In this document: positions 62,021-64,000 of the stretch, one piece after another
How positions within the stretch are numbered: the stretch's first letter is position 1
How the letters are laid out: every line of letters starts with the position of its first letter
DNA from: a plasmid
Direction: 5' to 3' (one strand)
Sequence record: NZ_LR134463.1
Length of the DNA: 64,000 bases
The notes under the pieces: generated by a model
Database searches by the model: none
Told to the model about the DNA's origin: nothing
Seen by the model: the letters and a program-made list of their open reading frames with translations, nothing else
Position numbers and translations under genes: made by a program

Positions 62021-62608
62021 ATGGTGTATCGGGTATTCATGTTGTTCATGACTACCGCGACCCTCCTGCGCCGTTTCGCCGTCACTTCCGCTGCCGTGGC
62101 GGTCACCGCCGTCGGCGTCGCCGCCCCCGCTACCGCCGCACCGGACCGTCTGAGCGCGGCGGCACTGTCGTTTCCGACCTCTGCGCTGCCCGGGTGGTCC
62201 ATCAGTCCGGCCGAGGCCGGCGGTGTGGGCCTGGCGCGGGCTCCGTTCGGCCACTCGGGCACCTGGGTGTCGCAGATCCGGATCGGCGACTTCGGCCGGT
62301 CCGGACTCGACGTGAAGGGGCTCGCCAGGGCGTTCGCGGTCGAGATCACCAATGGGGGCGGTTACACCGGGCACAGTGCCCGCATCGAGGGCCTGCAGGT
62401 CACCGATGCCAGCGTTTCCGGTATCCGGGCCGCTCGCGCCACCGCGAACGTCATTCTCCAGAACGCGCCCACTCGCGGAGAGCGGCTGCGGATCACCGTC
62501 GTCGACACGAATCCCGAGACCTACTTCGTCTCGCAGGTGCCGTTCGAGGCGGCGGATCGCCAGGCGCAGGCCGCAGCAGCCGAATCCGGGCTCGTCGCCA
62601 CGCGCTGA
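62021..62608 (+). CDS. Hypothetical secreted protein (signal peptide; ~170-aa mature domain)
   Basis: Its N-terminus is a Sec signal (MTTATLLRRFAVTSAAVAVTAVGVAAPATAAP). No family was assigned. Confidence 0.4.
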   Translation: MVYRVFMLFMTTATLLRRFAVTSAAVAVTAVGVAAPATAAPDRLSAAALSFPTSALPGWSISPAEAGGVGLARAPFGHSGTWVSQIRIGDFGRSGLDVKGLARAFAVEITNGGGYTGHSARIEGLQVTDASVSGIRAARATANVILQNAPTRGERLRITVVDTNPETYFVSQVPFEAADRQAQAAAAESGLVATR

Positions 62609-62623
62609 CCGACCGGTCCGTGG

Positions 62624-63082
62624 CTAGCCGCTGAGGGTCCGGAGGAAGGCCAGCGTCTCCTCGACGTGCGCGACCGCCCGCAGCTCGCCGACCACGATGT
62701 GCAGCACCGTCCCGTCGGCGTCGATGAGGAAGGTCTGCCGGCGCACCGGCGCCATCGCGAACCTGCCGCGCTTGACGTCGTACTCGGCCGCGACCGCGCC
62801 GTCGGCGTCGGTGAGCAGGGGAAAGCCCGGTTCCATCACATCGGCGAAGGCTTGTGTCCGTACCAGCGGGTCCATGCTGATCCCGATCCGCGCCGTGCCG
62901 CGCCGGTCGAATTCCTCACCCGCGTCCCGGAACCGCCCGACCTCGGCGACGCATACCGGCAGGCCCGCGGTGAGGTAGAAGAAGACCGCCGCGCGGCCGT
63001 CGCCGCGGAGCTCGGAGAGCGTTCGGACGGTGCCGGTGCGGTCGGGGAGTGCGAACTCAGGGGCCTGCTGGCCTATGCGCAT
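62624..63082 (-). CDS. bcp: Peroxiredoxin (Bcp/AhpE-type thiol peroxidase)
   Basis: It has a thioredoxin-fold Prx with the peroxidatic Cys (GLPVCVAEV). Its position before trpE on the opposite strand matches Mtb bcpB (Rv1608c). Confidence 0.75.
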   Translation of the reverse strand: MRIGQQAPEFALPDRTGTVRTLSELRGDGRAAVFFYLTAGLPVCVAEVGRFRDAGEEFDRRGTARIGISMDPLVRTQAFADVMEPGFPLLTDADGAVAAEYDVKRGRFAMAPVRRQTFLIDADGTVLHIVVGELRAVAHVEETLAFLRTLSG

Positions 63083-63119
63083 GGCCACGAACCTACCGGC
63101 GCTGGGATACTGGCAGGCG

Positions 63120-64000
63120 ATGAGTACCGCACAGCAGCCGAACCTGCAGCCCGACGGCGCGACCACCAGCCTGGACGAGTTCCGCGCGCTCGCGGACCGG
63201 CACCGCGTGGTGCCCGTGATCCGTACGGTGCTCGCCGACGCCGAGACCCCGCTGTCGGCGTACCGCAAACTCGCCGGCGGCCGACCCGGCACGTTCCTCC
63301 TCGAGTCCGCCGCCGCGGGCCAGTCCTGGAGCCGGTGGTCCTTCGTCGGGGCCCCCGCGCCCGCCGCGCTCACCGTCGTCGACGGTGCCGCCACCTGGAT
63401 CGGGAAGGCGCCCGCCGGCGCACCGTCGGGCGGAGACCCGATCGAGGCCCTCGGCGAGGTGCTGCGCCTCCTGAGCTCGGAGCGGATCGAGGGGCTGCCG
63501 CCGCTCAACGGCGGGATGGTCGGCTACCTCGCCTACGACGCGGTGCGGCGCCTGGAGCGGCTGCCCGACACCACCGTCGACGATCTGCACCTGCCCGAGA
63601 TGGTGTGGCTGCTCGCGACGGACCTCGCCGCGATCGACCACCACGAGGGCACGATCACCCTCATCGCCAACGCGGTGAACTGGGACGGCTCCGCCGACCG
63701 GGTCGACGAGGCGTACGCCGACGCGGTCGCGCGCCTCGACGCGATGGAGGCCGCCCTCGCCGCGCCGCTCGCGTCGTCGGTGGCGTCGTTCACGCGTCCC
63801 GAACCGGAGGTGACGGCGCAGCGCACGGTCGAGGAGTACAGCGCGATCGTCGAGAAACTCGTCGGCGACATCGAGGCCGGCGAGGCCTTCCAGGTGGTCC
63901 CGTCGCAGCGGTTCTCCGTGCCGTCGGACGCCGACCCCATCGACGTGTACCGGGTGCTGCGCGCCTCGAACCCGAGCCCGTACATGTACCTCGTGCAGGT
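63120..64000 (+). CDS. trpE: Anthranilate synthase component I (5' partial; continues beyond the window)
   Basis: It has a TrpE N-terminal region ([41 protein letters not shown]), and its location after bcp matches the Corynebacteriales arrangement. Confidence 0.9.
   Translation, partial: MSTAQQPNLQPDGATTSLDEFRALADRHRVVPVIRTVLADAETPLSAYRKLAGGRPGTFLLESAAAGQSWSRWSFVGAPAPAALTVVDGAATWIGKAPAGAPSGGDPIEALGEVLRLLSSERIEGLPPLNGGMVGYLAYDAVRRLERLPDTTVDDLHLPEMVWLLATDLAAIDHHEGTITLIANAVNWDGSADRVDEAYADAVARLDAMEAALAAPLASSVASFTRPEPEVTAQRTVEEYSAIVEKLVGDIEAGEAFQVVPSQRFSVPSDADPIDVYRVLRASNPSPYMYLVQ

Overview
This is a high-GC (~70%) actinobacterial chromosome segment that is almost entirely coding. Gene order matches the Corynebacteriales backbone known from Mycobacterium tuberculosis Rv1559 to Rv1609, which suggests a Rhodococcus/Gordonia/Nocardia-like organism. 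The backbone genes recognised are ilvA, treY and treZ, bioA/F/D and bioB with the small Cys-rich BsaP-like gene, nrtR with nadA/B/C, hisD/C/B and hisH/A-impA-hisF/I, a bcp peroxiredoxin and trpE. Three blocks interrupt this backbone.

- **~3.5-5.7 kb:** an F420/flavin block with a PPOX-class enzyme and two LLM oxidoreductases.
- **~24.8-31.2 kb:** a module of DoxX, a DM13 lipoprotein and an OmpR-type two-component system, followed by an alcohol dehydrogenase, a VOC protein, an AraC regulator and PlsC.
- **~34.5-58.3 kb:** a ~24 kb purine/allantoin-catabolism island inserted between hisB and hisH. It encodes guanine deaminase, xdhABC, NCS1 and NCS2 permeases, allantoinase, a hydantoin-racemase-family protein, ureidoglycine aminohydrolase, an unassigned CitE/HpcH-like enzyme, a DctA-type symporter, an MTAP/PNP-family phosphorylase and an IclR regulator. 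A TTCCG-N5-CGGAA palindrome recurs in its divergent promoters.

The best candidates for something undescribed are the CitE-like enzyme, which sits in a purine pathway that lacks the known allantoate and ureidoglycolate steps, and the Met-rich DM13/DoxX/two-component module. I found no tRNA or rRNA genes, CRISPR arrays, transposases or integrases.

Two genes look frameshifted inside G/C homopolymers: the dctA-to-MTAP read-through and an Fes-like esterase. These may be sequence errors or real pseudogenes. The window also holds several strong palindromes, including a perfect 40-bp GC-rich one and a 29-bp AT-rich one.

All family assignments come from reading motifs by eye; no database searches were run. 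CDS coordinates include the stop codon, following the ORF-track convention.
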